Origin: Verrucomicrobiota bacterium
GTDB taxonomy: Bacteria > Verrucomicrobiota > Verrucomicrobiia > Limisphaerales > UBA9464
Assembly: GCA_016871805.1 (NCBI GenBank)
Contig: VHCG01000009.1
Span: 6,545-70,544, forward strand
Length of the DNA stretch: 64,000 nucleotides
Reading direction: 5' to 3'
The translations under genes and the position numbers were made by a program. Positions 27,021 through 36,510 of the stretch are shown here, one piece after another. The notes below the pieces were generated by a model. It was not told the DNA's origin. It did no database searches and saw only the letters and a list, made by a program, of their open reading frames with translations. Within the stretch, counting starts at the first letter, position 1, and each line of letters opens with the position of its first letter.

Positions 27021-28658
27021 TCAGCGGGTTTCAACGACGCGGTAGAATCGGGATCCCTCGACCGGCAGAGACTGGGTGCGCGGTGGTCCGGAGTCCAGCC
27101 ATTGGCGCTGACTGCCGGTGCCGAGCATGGGAGGGAAGGAGGTCTGGAAGTTTCCGTTGGTAAACCCGGCCAGGGTCGGCGCGTATTGGATGTAGTAGCG
27201 GTAGGCCAGGAGGGTCGGAAACTCGACGAGCACCAGGCCGTTGGTCCAACGGGTGGTGACATTGGGCAGGACCGCGCCGTTCGGTGTCGGAGGCGTGAAC
27301 CCGGGTGTGCCATAGACGGAGTACGTCGGCGTCGGCGTCGTCACCCGGTCGGTGACGTAGAACTGCATGAGGGCCTCCCGGGTCTCGGCCGGGGCAACAC
27401 CGCCAAGGTCGACATAGGGGGTCAACCTGGGCACCAGGAGCCCCTGCGAGTTCGCGAGGGTGATGAGGTTGGTCAGGGAATCATTCCCGAGCGTCGAGAC
27501 TGCGATGCGTGTGTTGGGAATGAACCCGTTACCCGGGTTCGCGAAGGTGAGGGTCTGCTGCTGGAAGCCGGTCTGGCGGTCGAGGCTGAACCCGCTGGTC
27601 GACATGGTCTGGGGATCCATTGGGAGCAGGATCAGGGTGTTTGTGCCCCCGATCGGTGGCCCGAAGATCCCCGGCACCGGAGATCCGACCAGCCCGAGGA
27701 GGCCCGCCATTGCATTGGTTGCCCCGGGGGCCAGGTCACATTCCAGCCAGCCGATCCGACCGGGCCCCGGTGGCAGGGTCGGCTTGGACCAGCCGATCGA
27801 GACCCCGAGGTTTCCACCGGCCAACAGGAAGGTGTCGAGCGACACGACCGCATCCTCCGGAAGCGCCGTCAGGCGCAGCGAGGACTGCGCGCCCACGACC
27901 GCACCCAGCAGTCGCTCCGCCACGAAGGTCATGTTGGTGAAGACGGCAGGGTTGAACGTGACCGAGAAGGAAAGGTTCGTCTCGGTGCTGTTCGCGGTGA
28001 ACAGGACGGGAGCCTGGACCCGGTTCGTGGTGCTGAGGGTTCCGATCTGCAGCGCCGGCGTGGGCCATGGGTTGACGATCAGGCTGGCCTGGATGCTGGT
28101 CGTGACGCCGTAGGCGTTCCGGACCCGGACCGAGATGGGGCCGGCCTGGTTGAACGCGGCATTCGTGACTGTGAGGGTCGAATTGGTGGCTGCGGTGATG
28201 GGGCCTCCCTGGAACAGCCACTGATAGGTCAGCGGGGCTGTTCCGGCCGCCTGGACCGTGAAGGTGGCATTCTGTCCCAGGTAGGTGGCCTGTGGGGAAG
28301 GAGGGGTGACGATGACCGGAGGACCAAGGACGGTCAGCGCCGCGGGAGCGGACGTCGCCGACCCGAGGGCGTTGCTGACGACCGCAAAGTAGTTTCCGGC
28401 CTGCAGCGTGTTGAACAGGCCGATGACGAGCGTGCTGTTGGTCGCGGCCGGAAGCCGGACCCCGCCCCAGTACCACTGGTAGGACAGCGGAGAGGCCCCC
28501 GAGGCCCCGACGCTCAGGATGGCCGAGGTCCCGACCGTATTGGTCTGGCTCGCCGGCTGGGTGGTGACGACCGGGGCCTGTCCCCAAGCCGGGGTTCCGA
28601 GCAGGGCGAGGAGGAGACCGAGGCAGAGGGGAAGTCCGTGACGAGGTGCCAGATTCAT
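27021..28658 (-). CDS. Secreted Ig-like (I-set type) repeat protein with the C-terminal F-Y-R-V module
   Basis: ATG at 28656-28658 gives the signal peptide MNLAPRHGLPLCLGLLLALLGTPAWGQ. Two tandem Ig-like repeats carry PLSYQWYWGG...AGNYFAVVSNALGS and PLTYQWLFQGG...GPISVRVRNAYG. The protein ends ...PVEGSRFYRVVETR. Confidence 0.75.
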   Translation of the reverse strand: MNLAPRHGLPLCLGLLLALLGTPAWGQAPVVTTQPASQTNTVGTSAILSVGASGASPLSYQWYWGGVRLPAATNSTLVIGLFNTLQAGNYFAVVSNALGSATSAPAALTVLGPPVIVTPPSPQATYLGQNATFTVQAAGTAPLTYQWLFQGGPITAATNSTLTVTNAAFNQAGPISVRVRNAYGVTTSIQASLIVNPWPTPALQIGTLSTTNRVQAPVLFTANSTETNLSFSVTFNPAVFTNMTFVAERLLGAVVGAQSSLRLTALPEDAVVSLDTFLLAGGNLGVSIGWSKPTLPPGPGRIGWLECDLAPGATNAMAGLLGLVGSPVPGIFGPPIGGTNTLILLPMDPQTMSTSGFSLDRQTGFQQQTLTFANPGNGFIPNTRIAVSTLGNDSLTNLITLANSQGLLVPRLTPYVDLGGVAPAETREALMQFYVTDRVTTPTPTYSVYGTPGFTPPTPNGAVLPNVTTRWTNGLVLVEFPTLLAYRYYIQYAPTLAGFTNGNFQTSFPPMLGTGSQRQWLDSGPPRTQSLPVEGSRFYRVVETR

Positions 28659-28762
28659 CGGGTATGAGGTTCGGAAAACGCGGGAAAACGGCGGGGAGAC
28701 CATAGACGGTTCAGAGAACTTCAGGCCAAGGGAAAGTTTGTCGACCCCCGATGGCGGTGCGA

Positions 28763-29620
28763 TCAGGACCGGAATTGGGGGTGTGCCTGGAGCGCTGACC
28801 ATGAGGCGGCCGACAAGGGCTGCTGGCGGTATTCAGGCGTGTGCAGGGGTTCGGCGCTTGTTGAGCGTCGGGCCCGTTGAAGCCATTCCAGACCCAGGGG
28901 TTCCTGGATGAGCTCGGGCCGGTTCGCGGCAAGGGTGGTCTCCTCCTTCTCACCGGTCGCATGGCCTACCCCCACATGCCAGCCCGCAAGGAGCAGAGTG
29001 ACCCGCAGGAGCGTCGCCCTGGAATAGGTCGCCATCGCACAGGGGGTCGATGACTGCGCCAGTTCCCGCAGCCGCCGGAAGACCGGCAGGGTCCACATCG
29101 TCGGGTTCCGCCCCGGGGAAAAGGCATCGAACAGGATCACATGGGGACTCGGCCAGGAGGTCGCCCCCGGTCCGTTGAGGAGCGTCGGGAAATCAGCCTG
29201 ATGCAGCTCCCAGTCGAGCGGGAAGGGGCCGGTGTCCCGCACGATCCTTCCAGTCGACAGCAACTCTTCGACGAGGGTTTCGTGACCCGCGACGTAGCCG
29301 AGGGTGGCACTGTGCTTCAGGGCGAACCGGAGGGGTTCAAGCGTGTGGTCGAAGCTCAGTACCCTGACGGGGCGGTCGCCAGCCGGGAGCGCCCGGAGGA
29401 CGGTGAGGATGTTCGCGGCGGCGCCGAGTCCGACGTCCCAGATGACCCAAGGACCTTCCAGATGGGCTGCCATCCGTTCCGCAACCTGCAGTCCGCGCAC
29501 ATAGAGCGCCTCGGCCTCGGCCTCGGGACCAACCACCGGATGAAAGGTCTCACCCTCGGCTGTGGAGCGGACGCTCCAGGTGCCGTTCTTGAGCTGGACC
29601 AGTTCATAGGCGTCAGGCAT
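28763..29620 (-). CDS. MnmC/MnmD-like SAM-dependent methyltransferase domain protein (DUF752 type)
   Basis: ATG at 29618-29620 gives MPDAYELVQLKNGTWSVRS...ETFHPVVGP..EAEALYV. It also has WDVGLGAAAN, ILFDAFSPGRNPTMW and ATYSRATLLRVTLLLAGW. Confidence 0.65.
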   Translation of the reverse strand: MPDAYELVQLKNGTWSVRSTAEGETFHPVVGPEAEAEALYVRGLQVAERMAAHLEGPWVIWDVGLGAAANILTVLRALPAGDRPVRVLSFDHTLEPLRFALKHSATLGYVAGHETLVEELLSTGRIVRDTGPFPLDWELHQADFPTLLNGPGATSWPSPHVILFDAFSPGRNPTMWTLPVFRRLRELAQSSTPCAMATYSRATLLRVTLLLAGWHVGVGHATGEKEETTLAANRPELIQEPLGLEWLQRARRSTSAEPLHTPEYRQQPLSAASWSALQAHPQFRS

Positions 29621-29683
29621 GGGCAGAAGTGGTGGTGGATTCGGCAGTTGAGGGTTGGGAGTCGAAAGGTTCGGGGCAATCCG

Positions 29684-29756
29684 TGGGACGCTGCCATCGG
29701 TGGGTGCCGCAGTGCCCTGCGGCACTGGGCGGCGTCAGCGTCCATCCGTGGGAGGT
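29684..29756. repeat. REP-like palindromic intergenic element, copy 1
   Basis: The 32-nt core CGGTGGGTGCCGCAGTGCCCTGCGGCACTGGG (29698-29729) is identical to 40660-40691. The inner hairpin is GTGCCGCAG-TGCC-CTGCGGCAC. The outer 8-bp stem is GGACGCTG (29686-93) with CAGCGTCC (29736-43). Confidence 0.8.
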
Positions 29757-30500
29757 TCAATCCGCGAGCGAACGGAAGCGGCGGACGCGTCCGGAATCCG
29801 CCACCGACACGAAATACTCCGAGGCCGCCAGGGTGCGACCCATGGGAATCCGGGAGTTCCGGAACTCCATGCGGCTGTCCCGAGTGCCGCTGGCCGAGAC
29901 ATGGAATTCCTTCGGCGAGCATTCGCGCAGGATCCTCGGCAGGTTCCTCTCCGTAATCCCGCCACCGGGCACCACCAGGATTCGGTCTCCGGCCTGTCGG
30001 ACCAGGTCCACCAGCAGGTCGAGTCCCTCGAGCACCGACTTCTCCTGGCCCGAGGTCAGGACCCGTTCGCAGCGCAGCTGGATGAGGGTCTCGAGCGAGG
30101 CCCTTGCATCCTTTGCCATATCGAACGCCCGATGGAAGGTCACCGGCAGCGGGCGGGCCAGTTCGATCAGGACGCGAGTCCGGTCGGCATCGATCGTGCC
30201 GTCGGGCATGAGGAGGCCGAGGACGATCATGTTGGCCCCATGTTCCTTGAGGGCCAACAGATCGCGCTGCATCACCTCGAATTCATCGTCGCTGTAGCAG
30301 AAGTCACCCGCGCGGGGTCGGACCATGGCGGCGATCGGGATCCCGATCCGGGATCGGACCACCTGCATCAGACCGAGGCTGGGGGTCAGACCGCCCTCGC
30401 CAAGGGCCGAGCAGAGCTCGACCCGACTGGCGCCGCCGGCCTCTGCGGCGAGGGCGGATTCCACGGTGTCGATGCAGACTTCGAAGGGGATGGGACTCAT
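29757..30500 (-). CDS. cutC: Copper homeostasis protein CutC
   Basis: Sequence reads FEVCIDTVESALAAEAGGASRVELCSALGEGGLTPSLG...FHRAFD...ILVVPGGGI. Confidence 0.9.
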   Translation of the reverse strand: MSPIPFEVCIDTVESALAAEAGGASRVELCSALGEGGLTPSLGLMQVVRSRIGIPIAAMVRPRAGDFCYSDDEFEVMQRDLLALKEHGANMIVLGLLMPDGTIDADRTRVLIELARPLPVTFHRAFDMAKDARASLETLIQLRCERVLTSGQEKSVLEGLDLLVDLVRQAGDRILVVPGGGITERNLPRILRECSPKEFHVSASGTRDSRMEFRNSRIPMGRTLAASEYFVSVADSGRVRRFRSLAD

Positions 30501-32026
30501 GCGCGCGGTGTGGGAAGGGTGAGAATCCGGCCGAGGAGGTTGCGGGTGATCTGCTGGACCCGGGGGTCTGGGCCTTTGGGTGTCGTGTAGACGGAGGGTC
30601 GGAGGTAGCCCGGAGGTGCGCTCAGGCCGTCACCCCACCAGATGGTCGATGCATTGAAGACCGGATTCCCCCGGGGTCCGGAGTAGACCGTGGCCGTGTA
30701 GACGCCCCCGTTGGGCTTGCCCGAGGCCTCGAAGGTGGGCCCGGTGGCGACGACCTGCAGTCCAGGAATCGGGGCCGGGTCACCGTGCCATTCCCAGCCC
30801 ACGAGCCCGGTGATGCCGTCTCCACGCTTCATTCCGGTGCCCGCGATGATCCAGTGATCCGGCTCGGCGCAGGTCCAGTCGGCACCCCCTGTCACCGGAC
30901 CGGTGCTGTGGGCCCCGACCAGTTCGTTGGCGTAGGGTCGCTCATGGGAGAGCGAGGACATCGCGACAAATTCCCGAGTCCCTCCGGGCGGGCCAAAGAC
31001 GCCGGTCCTCTCGAACACCCGGTCAGGACGCCCGGCGCCGTCGGGAGACAGCGCGATCCGTCCGCAGCAGGTGTTGCCCGAGAGGAAGAGCACCCCAACG
31101 CCGGCGTCCACGGCCTTCCTCACGTGCCAGAACATCTCGGGTGTCCAATACTCGTCATGCCCCACCGACAGGAACCCCCGCGCCCGAAGCAGACCCTTGG
31201 GATCCCGATGGGTGTCCTGGTTGGAGATGTAGGTGACGTCGTAGCCCTGCTGTTCCAGCCAGAAGGCGATTGGAAATTCCCAGAGCAGGAACTCCCCGGA
31301 GCCTTGGGAAAGGGGGGCATCGAAGATCTGGCAGTAGCGGCCGTAGGGGCGGTTGAAGCCGACCTGGATGTTGCCGCCCCAGTACCACCCGTTCTGACCG
31401 TTGTCGTAGAGGGCGAAGTTTCGCGGCCAACGATTGTAGGCCTGCCAGGTGTGGTCGCTGCACTGGAACACGAAATCGGCCCGGCGGTCGTCCCGCACGA
31501 TGAACACCACGTAGCTCTGCCAGCCGTCCACCTCGGCCGTGAGGCGTCCCAGATAGACGCCGCTGACCCAGTCCGACGGGATCCGGAACGCGGCCGACGG
31601 TTCCCAGCGGCAGTCCTGCAGTCGTTTGTTGCCGACCACAGGATCGGGCTGGGCGCGTCCCTTTAGAGGTCCCAGATCGAGCACCTTCCGGGCACCGGCG
31701 CCGCTGTACCAGCCCATGCGGAAGACCTCGAGTCGGAACGGGCTTGCCGGCCTGGTGCTGACGTAGACTGTCAGTTCCTCACCGTGTCGGATCGAGGTGT
31801 GGGAGCAGTACCCCTCGATCCAGGGACACCGCCACTGGGTAGCGGGATCGACACCGGTCTTGGTCAGTTGCCAGTCGGGCGTTCCCGGCCGCGCGTTCTC
31901 GGTGAGGATGCGGTTGGTGCTCCGATGTCCTATGGAATCCGATGTGGCACAGCCGGCGAGGGCGGCGGCGGACCCGGTGGTCGCCAACTGCTTGAGGAAG
32001 GTCCTTCTGGGTTCCCTGAACGGCAT
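30497..32026 (-). CDS. Tat-signal secreted protein, N,N-dimethylformamidase large-subunit-like family (function unknown)
   Basis: ATG at 32024-32026 gives MPFREPRRTFLKQLATTGSAAALAGCA, a twin-arginine signal. The family call rests on the block FLSVGHDEYWTPEMF...GVLFLSGNTC, recalled from memory. Its stop overlaps the cutC start (ATGA). Confidence 0.5.
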   Translation of the reverse strand: MPFREPRRTFLKQLATTGSAAALAGCATSDSIGHRSTNRILTENARPGTPDWQLTKTGVDPATQWRCPWIEGYCSHTSIRHGEELTVYVSTRPASPFRLEVFRMGWYSGAGARKVLDLGPLKGRAQPDPVVGNKRLQDCRWEPSAAFRIPSDWVSGVYLGRLTAEVDGWQSYVVFIVRDDRRADFVFQCSDHTWQAYNRWPRNFALYDNGQNGWYWGGNIQVGFNRPYGRYCQIFDAPLSQGSGEFLLWEFPIAFWLEQQGYDVTYISNQDTHRDPKGLLRARGFLSVGHDEYWTPEMFWHVRKAVDAGVGVLFLSGNTCCGRIALSPDGAGRPDRVFERTGVFGPPGGTREFVAMSSLSHERPYANELVGAHSTGPVTGGADWTCAEPDHWIIAGTGMKRGDGITGLVGWEWHGDPAPIPGLQVVATGPTFEASGKPNGGVYTATVYSGPRGNPVFNASTIWWGDGLSAPPGYLRPSVYTTPKGPDPRVQQITRNLLGRILTLPTPRA

Positions 32027-32126
32027 GGGTATGAGGGTGGCAAGACCGGTTCGATGAGTCACGTCTGGTCCGGAAAAACGCCTTGCCACTCGGGTCCGCG
32101 CTTGTGTCTAGTTCGCCCTCGTCTTC

Positions 32127-32202
<76 letters not shown>

Positions 32203-32348
32203 CTCCTCCCCCAGGAGTGGATGGCTCTCCGGTCTCCCCGCCTACCCCCTGTTGGGTCGCTTGCTTGACAACCTCGGTCGTGGCGAACTAGGCAGGCAAC
32301 GCGGAAGGATCGACCAGACGCGCTTCGCTTCAGAACCCGTTGAACCTC

Positions 32349-33806
32349 ATGAAAACCGTCCTCATGGTTTTGCTTTCCTCCCAGATTTTCGCCCGTTTCG
32401 TCGGCCTCACGCTGGCTCTTGCCTGCCTGTTGGGAAAGGCCACCGCCCAGGAATCCGGCGGGCCGACCCTCCTCTCGGTGCAGCCCGAGAACGGCGCCAC
32501 ACAGGTCGACCCCTCGGTTGCGGTCACCTTCACCTTCAGCGCTCCGATGAAACGCCAGCAGTCTGTCATGTGGCTTGCGGGAACCGGTATGATCGATGAG
32601 ACGAAGGTGATCTACTCTTGGAGCGCTGACGGCAAGACCCTCACGGCTTCGATGGGGGGTGGATGGCCGGCCAATCGGGAAATCCAGTGGGTCCTCATGC
32701 CGTCCATCGAACCCTTGCCTCCCTTTTTCCCCGGGGTCACTGGGTTTGAGGATCTCCAGGGCAACATGCTCGAGGGGGACACCGAGGGACGCTTCCAGAC
32801 CCGGATCGGCGGCGGTGGAACGGGTCCCAGGACGGAGGTGGTGACCAATTCCTGCGGGCAGACCTTCACGAACACCGTGAAGAGCACCTTCACCCTCTCG
32901 CGGAGGGTCTCGTATACCCAAGCCGGCCCGGACTCCGTCGTGCCGAAGGCAGGCTCGGGTGAGGACGGCCCCTTTGGCTTCCTTGCGATGGTCATGCTGG
33001 AGGCCCCCGCTGTCGCCACCAATGGAGCCCTTCGAATGCCGTCCGGACAGACCCAGCCCCTGATGTCGTTCCCGATGTCCCCGATGTTGTTCCTGAACGA
33101 CTCGGCCACGAATCTCAACAGCCTCACCACCTTGTTTCCGGGGGGGACCTATGGGTTCACCCTTCAGGGGGCTTCCGGGGTGCCTGCCGTGGTGAACGTC
33201 TCCCTCGCCGAGGTGACGATCCCCGTGATCCGGGTGCTGAACTACGCAGCGGCGCAGTCCGTGGATGGAACCAAGGATTTTGTGGTCACGTGGGCCCCGC
33301 TCGGAGCCACATCGAAGGATTCGGTCTATCTGGATGTACGGGATGCTGCTGGGAACGTCCTGTTGGCATCGCCGGATTCCGGATGTCCCGGGGCGCTGGA
33401 TGGCACCTCGGCGTCGTTCAAGATTCCCGCCGGTGTCCTCAAGCCTGGAGTCAGCTACATCGGTCATATCAAGCTCACCCTCGGCGTCACCCAGACGGAG
33501 GTCGATGCGACGACGCGAATCTCCAGCTTCACCTACACTGGAACCGGGTTTCCGATGGTGACCACGGGTGGTCGCCTGCCTCCGGCAACGCCGACCGTCC
33601 TTGGAACCCCTCAGTTCGAAGGGGCCTCGATCGTGATCGGGTGCACCGCCACCGTCTCGGGCAGAACCTACGGCCTCGAGTCCAGCGCGACCCCGGCTGG
33701 ACCGTGGAGCGGCGTCGCCGACAAGGTGGCCACGGGGACGTCGCTTCAATTCGAGGCTCCGGTTCCGGTCGTGGGTCCGCAATTCTTCCGCGTCGTGGAT
33801 CGGTGA
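32349..33806 (+). CDS. Hypothetical secreted protein (Ig-like/SbsA-type N-terminal domain) with the C-terminal F-F-R-V module
   Basis: ATG 32349 gives the signal peptide MKTVLMVLLSSQIFARFVGLTLALACLLGKATAQ. The segment LLSVQPENGATQVDPSVAVTFTFSAPM resembles bacterial Ig-like domains. The protein ends ...SLQFEAPVPVVGPQFFRVVDR. Confidence 0.65.
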   Translation: MKTVLMVLLSSQIFARFVGLTLALACLLGKATAQESGGPTLLSVQPENGATQVDPSVAVTFTFSAPMKRQQSVMWLAGTGMIDETKVIYSWSADGKTLTASMGGGWPANREIQWVLMPSIEPLPPFFPGVTGFEDLQGNMLEGDTEGRFQTRIGGGGTGPRTEVVTNSCGQTFTNTVKSTFTLSRRVSYTQAGPDSVVPKAGSGEDGPFGFLAMVMLEAPAVATNGALRMPSGQTQPLMSFPMSPMLFLNDSATNLNSLTTLFPGGTYGFTLQGASGVPAVVNVSLAEVTIPVIRVLNYAAAQSVDGTKDFVVTWAPLGATSKDSVYLDVRDAAGNVLLASPDSGCPGALDGTSASFKIPAGVLKPGVSYIGHIKLTLGVTQTEVDATTRISSFTYTGTGFPMVTTGGRLPPATPTVLGTPQFEGASIVIGCTATVSGRTYGLESSATPAGPWSGVADKVATGTSLQFEAPVPVVGPQFFRVVDR

Positions 33807-33881
33807 TCGGTCCCGGAATCCACCAGGGGTGAGGTCTGGTTTGGACAGCGGGTTCCGTCTGGGATCCTCTACCTCCATCCC

Positions 33882-35651
33882 GTGAACGTTTTCCTCCGCC
33901 GGAGCTTCCTGCTCGTTTCGCTTTTCGTTCTTGGAGCCGGACTATTCCGGACCTTCGGAGCCGCGCCTGACCCCGCACCACGACCCAACATCGTCGTCAT
34001 CCTCGCAGACGACATGGGCCTTGGGGATGTCTCTGGACTGAATCCTAAATCCGCCTGGCAGACGCCGGCGATCGATCGGCTGATGCGCGAGGGACGCACG
34101 TTCTCGGACGCCCATTCCGCCTCCGGTGTCTGCTCACCGAGCCGGTACACTCTGCTGACCGGCCGGTACTCGTGGCGAGGACGGCTCAAATCGGGCGTGC
34201 TGCACGGATACGATCTCGGCCTCATCGAGACGAACCGCCTGACCCTTCCCGGGTTCCTCCGACAACAGGGCTATGCCACGGCGATGGTGGGCAAGTGGCA
34301 CCTTGGCCTCGATTGGGTCCGGACCGGGACGAAGGTCGACGCGGTGGACTTTGCCAAACCGTTCGCCGGCGGACCCACTACCCATGGGTTCGACCGGTTC
34401 TTCGGCATCAGCGCATCCCTCGACATGCCGCCCTACGTCTTCCTGCGACAGGACCGGTCGACGTCGGTTCCCACCGAACGCATCGCATCGAGTCCGGGGA
34501 TGAGGATGTGGCGCGAGGGATGGATCGGGCCGGACTTCCGGCATGAGGACGTCCACCCGCGGTTCCGGCAGGAGGCGCTCGACTGGATCCGGGATCGGGC
34601 GCATCCGGTCGACCGGAAGCCCTTCTTTCTCTACTTGGCCTTGGCGTCCCCGCACACACCGATCCTGCCGACAGAGGGTTTCGCGGGTCGGACCCACACC
34701 ACGGCCTACGGGGATTTCGTCGCGCAGGTGGATGCGACGGTGGGTGACCTGCTGGGAACCCTCGATCGTGAGGGAATCGCCACCAACACAATCGTGGTCT
34801 TCACAACCGACAACGGGTTCGCCCCGGTCGCCGACATGGCGTCGCTGCAGCGTCTGGGACACGACCCGACCGGCGGGTATCGGGGACACAAGGCCGATCT
34901 GTTCGAGGGCGGCCATCGCGTCCCGTTCATCGTCCGCTGGCCTGGACGCATCGCTCCCGGAAGCCAGTGCACTCGAACCGTGGGTCATGTCGACCTGATC
35001 GCTACATTCGCTGATCTGCTGCGGGTTCCACTGCCCTCGGATGCTGCCGAGGACAGTGTCAGCCTGCTGCCCCAGTTGTTGAAGGGAGACAGCGGTCGGG
35101 GTGGCCGAGAATCCCTCGTCCACCAGTCGAGCAACGGATCCTTTGCCATCCGACAGGGGCGCTGGAAGCTGCTGTTCACCCCTGACAGTGGCGGCTGGAG
35201 CATCCCGAAGCCCGGCAGTCCCGAGGCGAAGCTCCTGCCGCCCTTGCAGCTTTACGATCTCGAGTCGGACCCCACCGAGAGCGTCAATGTCTGGCGGGAA
35301 CACCCGAAGGAAGTGGATCGTCTGGGGCGCCGCATGGCATCGCTGGTGGTGAACGGTCGGACGATTCCTGGGCCATCCCAGCCCATCCACTGGCCCGCCG
35401 AGTGGATCCAACTTCGGCCGCTGGACCCCTGGGGTGCCTCGCGAGATACCCGACAGAGGGTGATGGATGCGGCCGTTGGGGCGGCGGTGGAGCGCGGATG
35501 GCGGTTTACCGACACGGTCGTTGGTGAACCCGTCCTCGGGAATGGTCAGTGGGAGATCTGGCTCCAGCGAAAGCCCCATACCCCGGGTGGACACGCCGCG
35601 GTCACTCTGTCCGGGGACGGGAAGGTGCTCCGATTCCGGGGTGGGAAATGA
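33882..35651 (+). CDS. Arylsulfatase (Cys-type formylglycine sulfatase) with a C-terminal extension
   Basis: Signal peptide followed by [14 protein letters not shown]. The FGly motif CSPSR is at 34131-34145 ([13 protein letters not shown]). The protein also has GKWHLG and DNG. Confidence 0.9.
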   Translation: MNVFLRRSFLLVSLFVLGAGLFRTFGAAPDPAPRPNIVVILADDMGLGDVSGLNPKSAWQTPAIDRLMREGRTFSDAHSASGVCSPSRYTLLTGRYSWRGRLKSGVLHGYDLGLIETNRLTLPGFLRQQGYATAMVGKWHLGLDWVRTGTKVDAVDFAKPFAGGPTTHGFDRFFGISASLDMPPYVFLRQDRSTSVPTERIASSPGMRMWREGWIGPDFRHEDVHPRFRQEALDWIRDRAHPVDRKPFFLYLALASPHTPILPTEGFAGRTHTTAYGDFVAQVDATVGDLLGTLDREGIATNTIVVFTTDNGFAPVADMASLQRLGHDPTGGYRGHKADLFEGGHRVPFIVRWPGRIAPGSQCTRTVGHVDLIATFADLLRVPLPSDAAEDSVSLLPQLLKGDSGRGGRESLVHQSSNGSFAIRQGRWKLLFTPDSGGWSIPKPGSPEAKLLPPLQLYDLESDPTESVNVWREHPKEVDRLGRRMASLVVNGRTIPGPSQPIHWPAEWIQLRPLDPWGASRDTRQRVMDAAVGAAVERGWRFTDTVVGEPVLGNGQWEIWLQRKPHTPGGHAAVTLSGDGKVLRFRGGK

Positions 35652-35655
35652 CCCC

Positions 35656-36477
35656 ATGACACCGCGTCGTCCCAATCGACCAGGCTTCACGCTCATCGAG
35701 CTGCTCGTCGTGATCGCCATCATCGCGATCCTGGCCGGAATGCTCCTGCCAGCACTGGGACGTGCGAAGGAGAAGGCCAAGGGCATGCGGTGCCTGAGCA
35801 ACGGTCGACAGATCGGCCTCGCCTTCGTGATGTACGCCCAGGACCACCGTGACTGCATGGTGCCCCTCGAGATCCCAGGAACGCCGCCCGCGGACGCCTT
35901 CGTGCCAGGCGGTTCGACGATCTGGTGGCCAGACCTGCTCCGAGCCTACTTCCCGGCGAAAAACGGGGTCGATTGCCCTAGCGTCACCGGGACCAACCAG
36001 TCCGGAATCGTCCAGGGAACCCCTCAGTCCAAGGGCCAGGGCCGGTTCGGAATTGGCATGAACCACATCGAGTTCAGCTACTCCCCATGGGCCGGCGAGC
36101 GCATCGGCAGCCTCCGGCTGTCGTCGGTCAGGAACCCCTCCGAGTCCGTGGTCTTCGCTGACGCTGGCAAGGTGCGGAATCCGACGGAGAAGGACCCCGA
36201 CCAGTGGCGGGAGATCAAGGGGGCCCAGCTGCTGTACTTCCTGACCCCGAGTCATCCCCACTTCGCCTTCGACAATCCCTACCGCATCGTGAACCGGCAT
36301 TCCGGGGCTGCGATGATGACCTGGGCCGACGGCCATTCGTCGGCCACGCGGGTGAGCAAAGTGGGCTTCCAGTTCTACCCGGGGCGGACGGAGAGCGGCG
36401 AGGTCGCGCGCGGCGACGGGATCGTGGGCACCGGCAACAATCGCTGGGATCCTCGGTGGCTTTGGGACCGGGAATGA
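35656..36477 (+). CDS. Prepilin-type N-terminal cleavage/methylation domain protein of the H-X9-DG family (DUF1559-like)
   Basis: ATG 35656 gives [34 protein letters not shown]. The exact H-X9-DG motif [12 protein letters not shown] lies at 36298-36333. The gene starts 5 nt after the sulfatase stop. Confidence 0.85.
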   Translation: MTPRRPNRPGFTLIELLVVIAIIAILAGMLLPALGRAKEKAKGMRCLSNGRQIGLAFVMYAQDHRDCMVPLEIPGTPPADAFVPGGSTIWWPDLLRAYFPAKNGVDCPSVTGTNQSGIVQGTPQSKGQGRFGIGMNHIEFSYSPWAGERIGSLRLSSVRNPSESVVFADAGKVRNPTEKDPDQWREIKGAQLLYFLTPSHPHFAFDNPYRIVNRHSGAAMMTWADGHSSATRVSKVGFQFYPGRTESGEVARGDGIVGTGNNRWDPRWLWDRE

Positions 36478-36510
36478 CCGGGACTTTAGGCCGCAGGGGT
36501 CGGCTTCGGA

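Noticed and set aside
26940-28667. 575-aa plus-strand ORF opposite the Ig-repeat protein gene
   Set aside because: Its composition is R/G/D/E/P-rich and low-complexity, with no motifs. The minus-strand frame has a signal peptide and recognisable Ig-like repeats.
34134-35858. 574-aa ORF antisense to the sulfatase gene
   Set aside because: It is a shadow frame opposite a gene with the CSPSR formylglycine motif and full sulfatase architecture.
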